Shown: piece after piece, positions 24,641 to 37,381 of the stretch | How the letters are laid out: every line of letters begins with the position of its first letter | Position numbering within the stretch: position 1 is the stretch's first letter | Assembly (NCBI GenBank): GCA_010015585.1 | Contig: ML975160.1 | Reading direction: 5' to 3' (one strand) | From: Eremomyces bilateralis CBS 781.70 | Lineage: Eukaryota | Length of the DNA stretch: 64,000 nucleotides | The notes under the pieces: model-generated | Told to the model about the DNA's origin: nothing | What the model saw: the letters and a program-made list of their open reading frames with translations, nothing else | Database searches by the model: none | Program-made: the position numbers and the translations under genes

Positions 24641-27116
24641 TTAAAGAGAGATGGTAGACCGAACTTACTACACGTTGAAGTCCCCATCCCATACACGGTC
24701 CATCTGGTTCATTCCTTTTTAGCGCCGGGAGAGGCTTGGTGGCGCCAAGTTAGCGTACTAATAGACTCCAATCACAACGCGGTACGAAAATTACAGCTTT
24801 TGGGCCTTTTTTTCCCGCTCCATTGCTCATGGCAACTCTAATCTGAACAATCGAAGCGATCAACTATGCTTTCGATGCTCCCATCAGCTTCAGACGCCAC
24901 CGCTTCCGATGACGAGGTATCTGAGGATGAGCTCACCACTGAATTTGTATGGAGAGTGCCGTCTGATGCTACCACCGCTGCGGAAGCGGATCCGGAGTCC
25001 CAATTACAGCAACCTCAGGTTGAGCCTGCAACATCCTCCGCTGGATCTCTCCCTACGCCAATTGGACAACCTGGGGATGTCTCCTACATAGCTATTGATC
25101 CTGCTACTAAGAGGCCTTTAGGGCAGCCTGGGACGTACTTTAAAAAGATGCAAGGATACGTCTCATACTATCACTACCCCGAAGCGTTGCTTGATCTCTT
25201 CATTGGCGTCTAAGGCCCTCTCTGCGCTACCGACACCCAGAGTGTATCCTGTGGGACTCCAGGTTGTACTGGCTGCGGGATTTTCCATGGCAATGGTCAG
25301 TCCCTAGACCCAATGCTTCACGATCGCCCTCCCGCTTCCTTCGAAGAACTTGCTGAGCGATGGGATCTTCCGCTTGTTCTTTTCTCCCAGCTATTTGATG
25401 AAGGCATTTATAAGACGATCGCAGAGCACTCCAACCGGTACGCCCAGAGGCATGAAATCTCGATTAGGCCTGTTACCGCCGGCCATATCCGGATATGGCT
25501 GGGCCTTGTCCTTTACATGGGTACCCTTAATATCGCTTCTCGAGGGGATCTCTGGAGTAGGAATGGCCAGCGGCCTCTTCACTGTATCTCTAGGTTTATG
25601 TCCTTTCGAAGATGGAAGCAGATCAAACGGATTATCCACCTCTCTGATCCCGATACAGAGCCGCAGCCGACCTCCGTCCTCGACAAAGTACAACCAATTG
25701 CCTCGCTTTTAGGTGCTCGCTTCAGCCAAGTATATCTCCCCTCAAACTACGTCTCAATCGACGAGATTATGGTCAAGTTTACGGGTCGATCAAAGGAGAT
25801 TGTCTCTATTAAAAGCAAGCCTATCCCTGTTGGCTATAAAATCCTTGCCCTCGCCGATAGAGGCTATGTTTATAGCTTTCTCTTTACCTCAGGAGGAAGC
25901 TTTGATACCGGAGGAAGGAAGGATGCATCATCAATCCATGGTGTAAACTATCAGCCCCCCCATGGATACGAGAATCTTGAGCTTACGGCTACCTCAAAGG
26001 CGGTTATTACCTTGGCAGCCTCTCTTCCTGTCAGTCTCCGCAAGTTTGTTATCTTTATGGATAACTACTTTACCAATATTCGCCTGCTCTCAGTCCTTCG
26101 AAAAATGAGGATTGGGGCCTGTGGGACGACTAGGACGTCGTATAAAGAGTACCCGTTACAGCACTTCAAAGAGGTAAAGGACAATTGCAGATGGCCGCTT
26201 CAAAAGCAGGACTTCCTCTGCGTTCGCGATGTTGCCAGCCTCTTATGGAAGGATCGGGTACTCGTACGTTTCCTCCATACCATTTTTGAGCCAGAAGAGA
26301 ATGATTGGGCACCTCGGAGGCGTCCCGCGACTAGTACAGCTGCGTACCAGCGAGAACTTGATCAAATCTACCCTCCTGGGGTCCACGACATACCGGTTCT
26401 ACAACCCAAAGCTGCCAGACTATACAATAGCTTTATGGGAGGCGTCGATATCGCGGATCAACGCCGAGCTTACTTCACATCGCACCTAATTAGCCAGAAA
26501 ACATGGCATCCTATTCTCTTCTGGATACTCGATACGACTGCTTCGAACGCTCATATCCTCGGTACATGCCAGTTTCGAAAGCAGAATATTAGATACCTAC
26601 AGAGCCTTAAGGATTTCCGTCTACAGCTTGCCTGGAATATGGTCATCAAAGGTATCTCAGATGGTCATGGTCCCCGAGTAGTACAGGGCTTCAATGAGCA
26701 GGAAGGTCCTCAATTCGAGGCAACCGAGGGATCAGGAGATCCGGTAACTCGTACGTACGGCCAAATACGGAGTTCCCGTATCATACTACTCTTAGAAGTG
26801 GTGTTCATCGCCTGGCACGAATTTCAAGAGGGATGCGACGATGGTGTTGGTTGTGTAGGTGGAAAAAGCTAAGGGATAACCAAATCAAGGACCGAAGGAC
26901 CTTCTTTTGCTGTGAGATCTGTGGAGAAGGATTTCCTCTCTGTACTAGTTGTATAGAACCATTCCACAGTCAAAGACCTAGCTAGATACTATTAGATTCC
27001 TCTAACTATGGTAATTGTGTCTATTTACTTTATATGAGGATTGCATACAAATCAAATGGGACACCTTTTTTTTATATATATTTTTTTAAATCCTACTCCA
27101 TTTCAGCTGGCTTTAA
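24641..27116 (+). mobile_element. piggyBac-like DNA transposon, defective
   Basis: Contains a piggyBac-type transposase pseudogene. Candidate TTAA sites at 24641-24644 and 27113-27116, both read inward as TTAAAG. TIR similarity beyond that is weak, so the ends are tentative. Confidence 0.7.
24866..26985 (+). pseudogene. piggyBac transposase (DDD) with C-terminal Cys-rich domain
   Basis: Motifs SIDEIMVKFTGR, KPIPVGYK, FMDNYFT and YNSFMGGVDIADQ. A frameshift near 26755 separates the WCWLC...CCEIC...LCTSC-H domain. The N-terminal part is also interrupted. Confidence 0.85.
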
Positions 27117-27329
27117 GAGCCGCTATGCTGGGTATTTCTATTTTACAGGCGGGCAGCCTCACCGTCTCCGGTGGGTTAGAACTAGATATGGGCAGGGCGG
27201 ACAGTGCGGGGGCCATCGGCCCCGCCTCATCTATACCCAAGGGAGTGCTAAGACTCCCGAACTGGATAGCATCAAACAATTAGGAAAAAACCCTCGGAAA
27301 GACCATAGACAATGGTAGGGGTTCTACAA

Positions 27330-28520
27330 GGAGAAAAGATTAAAGCAGTATAACTCCCGCCTGGGATGCTTTATTATTAGGCTTTGTTTGTTTCGGGACG
27401 TTGGTACTATCCGTCTTCACACGGTGTCGGTGGAGACTTACTGTTGATGTTGATCGGAGATACAACATCGGTGGTAGGTTAGGTGAGTTGGGTGGCGGTC
27501 TTCAGTTGCCTGAATTGGCTTAGAAGACCTGTTTGGACCAATAGTTTTGTTGCTTTTGGGGCGTTTGCGGCGGTTCCTAGGAGGATCCGAAGGTCTGTAG
27601 GCTGGCCGTCAGGCCAGAGTGTGTCACGTAACTGGTTAAAGTTCGGGCATTCCGTAAGGATGTGCCTTGGGGTCTGGTCTGTACCGCAAGTACAGAGGGA
27701 CGAATCGGCTGCGTTGATGCGGGAGAGGTAGCTGGCCAGGGCCACCTTCCCGGAGCGAAGTTGTGTCAGAACTGATGATTGGGCCTTGTTCAGAGATCGA
27801 TGGATCTTGAGTAACGCGCGCGATGGTTTCGGGGCTAAGCGGAAGAGTGTTCGCCTGTTCGGCCTCTTTCGCCGCGTTCCCATTCGGTCGCCCACTCGGT
27901 GGCGGTGCAGTCGCGCGTGTCTCTTCTCGTAGCAGAGAGGAGTGTTAAGTGGTCCTCCGGTAGGGAGGCCCTAGGCCCATCGCAGCTTATCCCCATCCAT
28001 CCTGTAGCTCGTTTTGCTAGTTCGTCAGTTTGCTCGTTGCCCAGGATGCCGGAGTGGGAAGGGATCCAGTGGAAGTGCACCATGTATCCCGCGCTCATGA
28101 AGAGTTGGTGGCGGAGGAGGATGTCTATCACGTAGTATTGTCCTGAGTGGATTTGGGGGCTTAGGAGCGCTTTGAGGGCTCCCTGGCTGTCGGCGAAGAT
28201 GTAGATGTGGGTGGCCTCTGATGGAAGTGGGATTCGGCGTTGGGGGATCAAGGCAACCGTCCTTCTCTTGATTTCCGAGTGCTGGTCTGCCATGTCCAGC
28301 GCTAATTGGATCCCACGAAGTTCGGCTGCGTAGATGTTGCTCACGGACCGGGGGCCCATGTAGTTCATCCGCTCTTGACGTCTGGTTGGGAAGTAGGCAG
28401 CGGCTCCTACTTGTCCGTTTAGATCACTTCCATCGGTGTAAAACACGAGTTCGGTGCCGTAGGCCTTCTCATTGTGTTCCCTGGTTGCCATCTCATCAGA
28501 GTGGGCGATACGGGCATCCG
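27330..28520 (-). mobile_element. 5'-truncated LINE (Tad1-like) remnant with RNase H and C-terminal CCHC
   Basis: Motifs VFYTDGS, YAAELRGI, IFADSQ, HWIPSHSGILGNEQTDELAK, LTQLRSG and CTCG-QTPRHILTEC. Frameshift near 27880. The ends are approximate. Confidence 0.85.
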
Positions 28521-28844
28521 GCTTGAGTGTTCATGGCGGCCAGTTCGCCGATCAAATGTGACATCTTGATAAGTAAGAACTCGTAATTCTTCCAAACTAG
28601 GCTAAGTGCTTCAGGGGGTGGTGCTAGCGCGGCCATGCCAAGTGGCATGAAAACCTAGTAAGGGATGCATGCATCAAATCTGTAATAACAACTGGCGTGA
28701 TCAATCTTGGCAAGCCCCCTCCTTTTCCAGATACTGGTTCCCTCGCAGCACTTTATAAGACCGGCCAGAAATCCCCACTCCATGTTTCGTAAATATCACT
28801 GCCGATGCCGGAGTGACAGTCCATTACGAAGATCGTGCAAAACA

Positions 28845-31800
28845 ATGAAGTGGCGATTTCTGAAGCTCGGCAAGCAAGGCCAAGACAGGAGCAAGGTCGA
28901 GGAAGATTCCACTAGTGGCAGCTTGGCGCGCTCCCCGCCCAAACGATTCGGCCTCTTCAAGCTCCCCACCGATGAGAGCGTGGCCGATACGAACAATCAT
29001 GAGCACTACTACCCAGTCAACATCATTGCAGTACATGGCCTGAATGGTGGTGCGTACACCACATGGACCCATGATAATGGGACGTTTTGGCTTCAAGACT
29101 TCTTGCCAAAGCTTCTGCCTGGATGTCGCGTTTATACCTATGGATACCCTTCTCAGTTTGCCTTCAGCAAGTCATTAGCAGAGGTACAGGAGTACTCGCG
29201 ACTACTTTTGAGCTCAATAAGAGACGAATACGAAAATTGGGATCTGGTACTTTCAATCACATTGTCCGGTACCCGTTAGAAGAGCATATTAATCTGATGT
29301 TATCGAAGGGCTCTCGTACTATCATCTTTGTCTGCCATAGCCTCGGAGGCATTGTTTTTAAACAGGTTGGTTTATCACCTCCTGATATCGACTCCTTACC
29401 CAGTGCTGACTGCTGTAGGCTCTAGTGATTGCTCATGAAGATGACGTGGTGTATGGGGAAATTCTTAAATCCATTGCTGGTGTTGTCTTCCTCGGAACAC
29501 CACACAATGGCAGCGGCGTTGCGAATTTTGCAAATACCGTTGGCAAAATAATCAATGCCATCATAACAACAGCATCTTCTGGAGTTCAAACTAGAGCCAT
29601 CAGAACCGACCTGTTCAACTACCTCAAATACGATTCTAAAGCTCTCAAGGACCTCGATGTTTCAGTTCGAAATCGATTCCATGATTTAACTGTGGTCTCA
29701 TTTTGCGAAACTGAGCAGGAGTCTCCGTTCCCTTTCCCGGTGAGGCTCAACTCTGGCTTTATTTGGTCATGTTACCTTAGACCGACTGGAGGAACCACTG
29801 ACACTTTAGCAGATTGTCGATAAATACTCGTCAACTTTGGGCATACCAGGAGAGGAGATCATTCCTCTAGGGGAGAACCATCGGAGCATATGTCGATTCG
29901 GTGGTGAGACAGAGAGCTACAAAAACGTTTCCCGATCCCTGCGAAGAATCGCAAGAAACGCTCTAGCCAGAGAGCAGGCGTTCAAGCGAACAAGCATCCC
30001 TTCCTCTGACAGGAGTGAGTCGTTCTGGTTGCGAACCAACGTCCCAAGTGCCTAACACCTGCTAAGCTCTCGATGATTCCGAAAAGACCTGTTTCAAACA
30101 ACTCGGAGTCTTTGACGTGGCGGACGTCAAAAGGATATCACCCTCACCAGCCAAGGGCACCTGCCAATGGATTCTAGGCCATCCTAGGTTCGTTTGCTGG
30201 CTTGATCAAACGGAAAATACCCTTCTGTGGCTTACAGGCCGTCCCGGCTGTGGTAAGACGATAATGTCGCTATTCTTGGCTAAACAGTTAGAAGAAGCTC
30301 GGTCAAATCGAGCTCCGAGCAATGTTTGCGTATTCTTCTGCAATGACAGACTCAGCGCAGAAGACATCTTGAATGGATTAATATTTCAGATCATCAGTCG
30401 TCATCGTTCACTCATCCGACATGTGAAGAGAGAGTTCGAGATTCAAGGCCAACACATGTTTCGGTCATTCACAACACTTTGGAATCTACTGGTCAAGATT
30501 GCAACAGATCCAAAATCTGCCACAACTTCTATCATAATTGATGCATTGGATGAGTGTAAGAAAATCACTCGCGATAATCTTTTGCTCTCGATTCGAGACT
30601 TCACGAACACATCAAGCGATTCAACGGGAAGCAAACAGCATGTCAAATTTATTTTGACTGGCCGCCCTGAGCTAGTTCATCTCGAGAAGAGCGTCGGCAA
30701 CGTCGCTGAGCACGAAATTGTAATTGACGAAGGTCAAACAGGCTATGACAGAGACCTACGGATCTTCATCCAACAGAGACTGGACGAAATTTGTCAAAGA
30801 CACAATTTGTCCCACGAGACGATGGAATTGCTTCGTCAATCACTCTACTCCAAAGCCGGCCAAACCTTCCTGTGGGTACATATGGTGCTCGAGTCATTAG
30901 AGAGCAGCCTGCTTGCGTCAAAGAAGGACATTCAAAACATCATTACGCAGATTCCACCGGCCCTGGAGAAGACGTATTTGTGCTTCTTATCCGAAATACC
31001 TTCTAAGTACATAAGCAAAGCTCTGATGCTCCTCAAGCTTATAGTGGGAAGCCTAAGACCTTTAACGTTAGATGAGATCAACATCGCCTTCGCAATAGAT
31101 GCGACTCATCGCACGTTAGGAGAAGTTACATCGAACTGTCAACCTGCTATTTTACTCACCATCCAAGGTATATTGGGGCCCCTGGCCAGAGTATCGGACA
31201 ATAAAGTGATGCTAGTCCACCCATCGGCCAAAGAATTCCTTTTACAACGTAAGAGCGCCGGTGGCGACTTTCCCGCGATATACGCGATTAGCGAGGAGGA
31301 ATCTGCGGCTCTCACTGCATCCGCATGTATGCACTACTTGCTGCTCAAGGACTTCTCTGTGGATCTTTTCGAACTTGAAACTTCGCCTACCGAGTCTAAT
31401 TCCGACTACTCTGATATGATCGAGGGCTCGGTGGTTTCCATACCATACGGCAGCTTTTGGAACGAAGGCACAGACGACCTCGATGCCTTTGGCTTGTTCA
31501 AAGACCCTGGTCTCCTTGATGCGGAGATATGCCAAGCCCTCGTTTCAAAATACGCTCTCTACCAGTATGCATCTCTACATTGGACTGAACATTTCGCCCT
31601 CTGCGAAACTACTGCACCTGTGGAGCTAAGAGAAACTGCCAAGAAATTACTTGATACAGAAACTCTTAACTGTTCCAACTGGCTGCGTGTCTTTTCCGCG
31701 GAGTTCGATGCAATTGGCCGCAGCATCCCTAACAAGCCTGATAAAGTCACTCTGGCGGCTTACTTCGGCCTCCACGAGACTCTTAACGATTTGGTCAGTA

Positions 31801-32876
31801 GTGACAAATCAATTCCCCCCGTACAGAGGGACCAGGCCTTGTTCTGGGCTGCCCATGAGGGCCATGTTAGGAATGTTAGCATACTCCTTGGAGTAGATGC
31901 AGATCCGAATGCTCGGAGTTCTAACAGGGAGACGGCACTCATCGCTGCTGCTCGGAACAACCATCTTAACTGTGTAGTCACCCTTTTGGCAGACCAACAG
32001 ACTCATCTGAACATTCGAGGCCCGAAGGGGCGGACAGCGTTGGCATTTTCATGTAGCAGTGGACACGACCAGGTTGTCAAAGAACTGCTAAGTCGAAATG
32101 ATTGCATGACTGAAGAGGAGGACGATAGTGGGGCCACTGCGCTATTTTGGGCCATTGGAGGTAGCTACATCTCAATCGTCTCCGAGTTGGCGAATCTTCC
32201 GACAGTTGATATAAACCATCGTGACAAGAAAGGCCGCACGCCCTTGTCCTGGGCAGCGGGAGATGGAATGGAGGAAGTCGTGAAGGTATTGCTCAATATG
32301 CGCGATATCGACTCCAACCTGGAAGACTCCAACGGACGATCACCTCTCTCCTGGGCAGCTGGTAACGGCTGCACAGCGGCAGTCAGAGTTCTCCTTCGAA
32401 ACAATGAGGTGGACAAGGCAAGTCTTGACAAAGACCAGAGGAATGCAATCTCCTGGGCGAGTGCAGGTGGCCACTCGGATACACTGCGGATGCTTCTCAA
32501 TCGCGGATGTCCGGGAGTCGATATCAAGGATGTGGATGGCTGGACTCCTCTGGCATGGGCAATTCAAAATGATTCTCCGGGCACTGTGGAAGTACTCCTT
32601 TCGAGCGGGTCAGTCAACCTAGAACAATCGGATCATAGTGGAAGAACACCACTATTTTGGGCGGTTGAATACGGCCATATTGAGGTTATCAGGATACTTT
32701 TGCGCGAAGGCGCTGACCCAGAAAGACAAAGCCATAAGGGCGAAACGCCACTCATTAGGGCAGAGAAAGTCGGACGAGCTGATATCTCAGACGAACTTCT
32801 CAACCATGTGAGGCAAGGAGGCAGCATGACGCATTTCGAGCAACGAAGTCAGGTACCAAGTGCGATGCGTAGGTGA
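28845..32876 (+). CDS. NLR-like protein: SesB-type alpha/beta hydrolase, NACHT, ankyrin repeats; apparently intact
   Basis: Hydrolase motifs IIAVHGLNG, FVCHSLGG and FLGTPHNGS. NACHT motifs GRPGCGKT, IIIDALDEC and FLWV. About ten ankyrin repeats (GRTPLSWAA). Four GT-AG introns between about 29247 and 30066. Confidence 0.9.
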
Positions 32877-32924
32877 CTTGGTCTCAAGGTGGGGTTAATT
32901 GCGGTTAAACTATTGTTAAATTCG

Positions 32925-33037
32925 CGGGTAGAATTACGATCTCCGTGCCGAGAATAAACAGTAGTCCTATAGATGGTTTCCGCAACCGCTGGCACCAATG
33001 TCCCGCATAGGGCTAGTAAAGACGCTTTTAAGAACAT
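32925..33037 (-). pseudogene. N-terminal fragment of a secreted histidine acid phosphatase
   Basis: Signal peptide MFLKASLLALCGTLVPAVA followed by VYSRHGDR (RHGxR motif), after which similarity is lost. Confidence 0.55.
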
Positions 33038-33847
33038 GATGAATACTCCGTAGCTTTAATACTATAAAACTCGAACCAATAAATTCGATCCGAGGAGTAG
33101 GGCATATTTCCTATTAGACCATGATAATTTCCTGTAGATAGCCCTGCTAATGAAAAGATCACAAGCCAACGATTAACGCATTTAACTGAGTGTACCTATG
33201 CTTCTATCTGGACTTCTAGCTCCTCAAACTTCTGGCGTAGCGTAATCAAACCCGGATGTGAGGGTTCACGATTAGTGGAATCGGAACAGTTTGAACGTTA
33301 TCGAATTGCTAGAGAAAAGAAGAAGAAGAGGAAAGAACCTCTCTCCTGGCGGCGTATCTACTTCCGCACCTTTGCAATAACACAGACATTAGCCTGAGGC
33401 CATACTATATAGCATAGTAACATGAACAAAGGCAAACTCCTCCAGGCCGCCAGGGCAACAACTAACAGTCTGGGCGCATAGCCCTTATCTCAGCTGGGAC
33501 TCAGCCGGCAGATGATTCCCCCTGCTAATGTGGCGTTCCGCTATACCCGTAAAGGCCCAGCCGCTTCTCTTAGCTCTATCCACCAAAATTCGACCAATCA
33601 TATCCCATAAAAGCAGTGGGAACCACTGCCGTCTAAGAACCTTCTGCATCGTTTGTGTGAACGTGTGGTTTGAAAACCGACTTTTGTTATATACGCAGAG
33701 AGTGACTCCCAATACAATTTGTTTTATACGCGTTCTTGACATTTTCCCTTCCTAGGCACGTTCTCCACGCCGAATATAATATATAGTCCAACTTTGGGAC
33801 CTATCCGAGCTTTCCACATTGCAAGACCGTGTCATCTTGTTTTCAAT

Positions 33848-36245
33848 ATGTCCCTCGCATTATCACTCTCAAGCGAATTATCAGACATACCGACGAGCGA
33901 CGTATCTTCCGTACCATCTTCGCCTATCGAATCTCTTCCATCGTTACCAACAACTCCACAAGCCCGTCGAACTTCTCCTACGCGATCTCCGACCCCATAT
34001 CGGAAGTTTAAACAGTACCGGTATGTGGGAAAGCAGAATGATGGCGGTCAGTTCAATAAGGTGCGCGAAACATTGGTACTTTGGCGCAGGCTCCGCATCA
34101 ATTTCAAGAGTTTTCTTCGGCTTTGGTTGCTATCTAAGAAGTCCCACGGCAACTTGAGCAGAGATATAAGGACTGAGCAGTTCCGCGAGGTCTTTGCAGA
34201 GCAGGACGTACGCTGTATTCTCGGCGAGATGCCCTCTAGTTCCTATGATTGGAAACAGATCTTCACCGAACTTGAGGGGCTATCAGACCATAGATATTTC
34301 AATACATTTATGTCTGAAAATGCCCATGAGTGGTGTATTGATCTAGATGAGGTTCGAGGCATTATCCAGGAACAGGCACCAGAATGGTTCAAGTTCCTAG
34401 ACCTACTGCTTCGAAACCGTCGGAGTACAGAACCCTTAGTACGAGAGCAACTACCGAAAGGCATCATTGGGCAGATGTATATGATAACCGCGGTGGTATG
34501 TCGTAGTCGGCAGCGCAAGACCTCAAACGCGTTCGCAAAGCATCTTGGGCTTTACCTACTCTCTAGTGGGACCAAACGCAGAGTTATTGAAACGTTTGCA
34601 GGTATGGGACTCTGTGATACATACCATCATATCAATCTTGAAACATCAGGTATGGCGGAACACGCGAAGGCATCTAAATATACAGTCTTCCATCCTTCCA
34701 AGGTTGCTAATTATATTATAGAAACATCTCCCCCGCCTGGCTAGGGATCCGCAGACAGTCATTGTTTATGACAATTTCAATTTCAAAGATACCGTACGAG
34801 AGCAAGTTGTCGGCTCGAACCATGTTATGCGAAACATGACAACATGACTGTTGGTAAAGAATCCACATCTACCGCGTAGAGGCCGGTTAAGATCACAGTT
34901 CAGACCTGATAACCAACTCCGTCTTGAGGACATATGCAATGCGCCTGGGCTTGATCGTGGCAGGATTAGCACTCAGATGCATACCTTCTTGGTCTATGAG
35001 GCCATTAGACACGTACACCAAGAAAAGGTCGATGCGGCGTTCAAGAAAGATCTATCTTTGGTTCCCTGCTACCCGGAAATTAAGCGATTACAGGCGAAGG
35101 GATATGCCACCGAACTCCACCATCTCCAGGCTGCTCCATTTGACGAAGGAACAATTGACGGAACATATCAAGTTCATACTAATATATGGCTTGACCGGCT
35201 CCGCTTCAAAAGCAATCCTCCAAGTACCGACTTCGACGAGCGACTCTGGTTAGTCTGGAGCGACCAAAAAACAGCACAACATATTCGAAGCTTAAAATCT
35301 GCTCAACGGAATGCAACCTTACCCTTCGACCGGCGAGAATGTATGCTAGGTCCATGCGCGCTTTTCCACGTCCTCCAGAACCTGGTCTTGACAATTATTC
35401 GAACACATTTCGAAGGGGAAAAGGGCACGTCCGATGCAACGCTTCTATCAGACATTCTCTATTTGGGTCGGAAAGGATACTCGCGTGAATCCCCCAAATT
35501 TTATCTGTTTGATCCGTTGCTAAAACAATCGTTCTCGGCACGGATTCTTATGGTATAGTATCATGTGCTTACCAAACGGGGCCATTTACAGAGGGCAGGT
35601 ATGAACGTCACTATTGGAAGTGAGGTTCTAGATGCTGTCATTGAAAGATTAGGTCCGGTTGAGCTGGCCTCATCTATCCAAGAAGTCGTAACATTGACTT
35701 TCTCTCACGATGCGTGGACAGAGAACAGATATGGTGTCGAGTTTAAGAATATGAGCCGCCTCCTTCCGTTGATCGGGATCTTTCTTACCCTTCGGCGAGC
35801 GGTTAAGACGGGAGATATTGGATGGATTAACAGGCTGATTGATCCTTTAGCCATCATATTCTATGCTACTGGTCAACATAAATATGGTGACGAAATGCTT
35901 CATCTTCGCTGGATGTTGTTAGATCGTGTTTCGGACGAGGCACTTCGGATCGTAATTCTATCGTCTAGCCTTGTGAACATTCAAGGTAAAACGGATCAAT
36001 TTAAACCGATTGATATTGCCCCTGAACACGTCAATTGCGCATACAAGATTGATATCAAGATGTTTAAGAACTCTACACACGATGCGGATAAAACCTTTGG
36101 AAGAGTGGCACTACTCAGCCATTCCTTTACCAAGATTCGCGCAGCCTGGGAAACCTCAGTTGGCATCGCCCCTACCGATCGACATACGAATAAAGATGAT
36201 CGTCAAGATGTCTTCAGCCGTGCACTCTACCTCTACCTGAAATAT
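33848..36245 (+). pseudogene. DUF6589-like, TE-associated gene with internal stops, truncated at the 3' end
   Basis: Motifs GLYLLSSGTKRRVIETF, VYDNFNF, WSDQKT, ALFHVLQN, GDIG, GQHKYGDEML and LVNIQG...DIAPEHVN. Stops at about 34742, 34846 and 35556. Family call is from memory of motifs. Confidence 0.6.
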
Positions 36246-36459
36246 GTATTGCAAAAGTTTGTCACTACCAGGCGTCCTGGATATCACTCAGGAGTTAAAG
36301 TTTGGTACGTGTTTAGCTCGGAAAATACACATTACATTGAGTAACCGGCCACAATATTTTCCGCGCGCCAAAAGAGGATCCTGATCTGGCTCCTTCACAT
36401 AAATCAAAGACAGCAGTTTTCTGCTGTCCTTGATGCTAGATCGACCGGAATAGATGCAG

Positions 36460-36876
36460 ATGGGATCAACCTAGGCGAACATACTCAGTACGTTCTCCTG
36501 ATGGGTTAAACCCCTGGGACCCCCTCACCCACCGAGCTCCATTCTCTTTGCGCAATAATACTACGATTTGCCGCTAGGCAAAAGTAGAAAAATAATAAAA
36601 GCATAGCCATTTCTCGGGGCATTCCGTAACTATGGATATATATATAATGCTAAGTAGTTATAACTTGTGGTCGAGTCAATCTGGCCGTCGTCCCAAACAG
36701 GCCTCTGGCCTAAATGGGCACCGCTCCCCATGCTGACCGAGCCCAATCAGGCTCCTTAACCCAAATAGCCATTTATCGCAGTCCAGTATCCATACTGTTC
36801 TAGCCTCACGAAACAGACCCAGGCAACTTGTCGCAAGATGCCCCTGTTGATTTCAATGCCAATGAACAATCCTATC
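36460..36876 (+). repeat. Conserved element left end, copy 2
   Basis: Matches copy 1 to about 36791 and copy 3 further, through CCCCTGTTGATTTCAATGCC...CAATCCTAT. Confidence 0.95.
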
Positions 36877-37381
36877 GGCCACCACTGCAGGTGTCCTTTC
36901 TAGTCCCGCCTCCACACAGGACAACCGACAAATCATATTTTGAGCGCAGTGACCATGGTAGGCGTTTCATCCGCAGTTAGCAGTTTTGATGGACTGAGGT
37001 TAGCTCTCCGGACTCATCAGCACAGTGAATATAATGCTTCATCGTCGTCTAGATAGTGGCTCGGGAAGCGGCCTGCTATTACCCAAGAAGGAGGAATATT
37101 GTCATCTTTAGGCCATTCTCCGGCACAAATAAATCTGTAGGGAAAATGTCCTGGAATTTCGCAGGTCTCTTGAAGGGGTTTTACAGGTTATTTTCCCTCA
37201 GCTGGGACCTACGTGACCAGAAACCTCTCACTTGTTTGAAGCCTCAAGCTTCAGTTTGAACTGGTATTTCGAGCTCTTGCACTTTTCACCTTTCATGAAC
37301 GACCCTCTTGCCAATTATAACTTGAAGCTTGCGCCTGCCACCTGCTATCCTTATGCGACGTCTACATCTTAAGCGCTCATT

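Larger units (their letters stand above)
23338..36452 (+). mobile_element. Unit A of the tandem array (13.1 kb)
   Basis: Starts ATGGGATCAATCTAGGCGAACAT directly after the GATGCAG core. Ends ...GATCGACCGGAATA before the next core at 36453. Confidence 0.75.

Noticed and set aside
36404..36440. Helitron 3' end (hairpin followed by CTAG)
   Set aside because: The CTAG is followed by A rather than T, and no Rep/helicase remnant or 5' TC terminus was identified. Not fully excluded.
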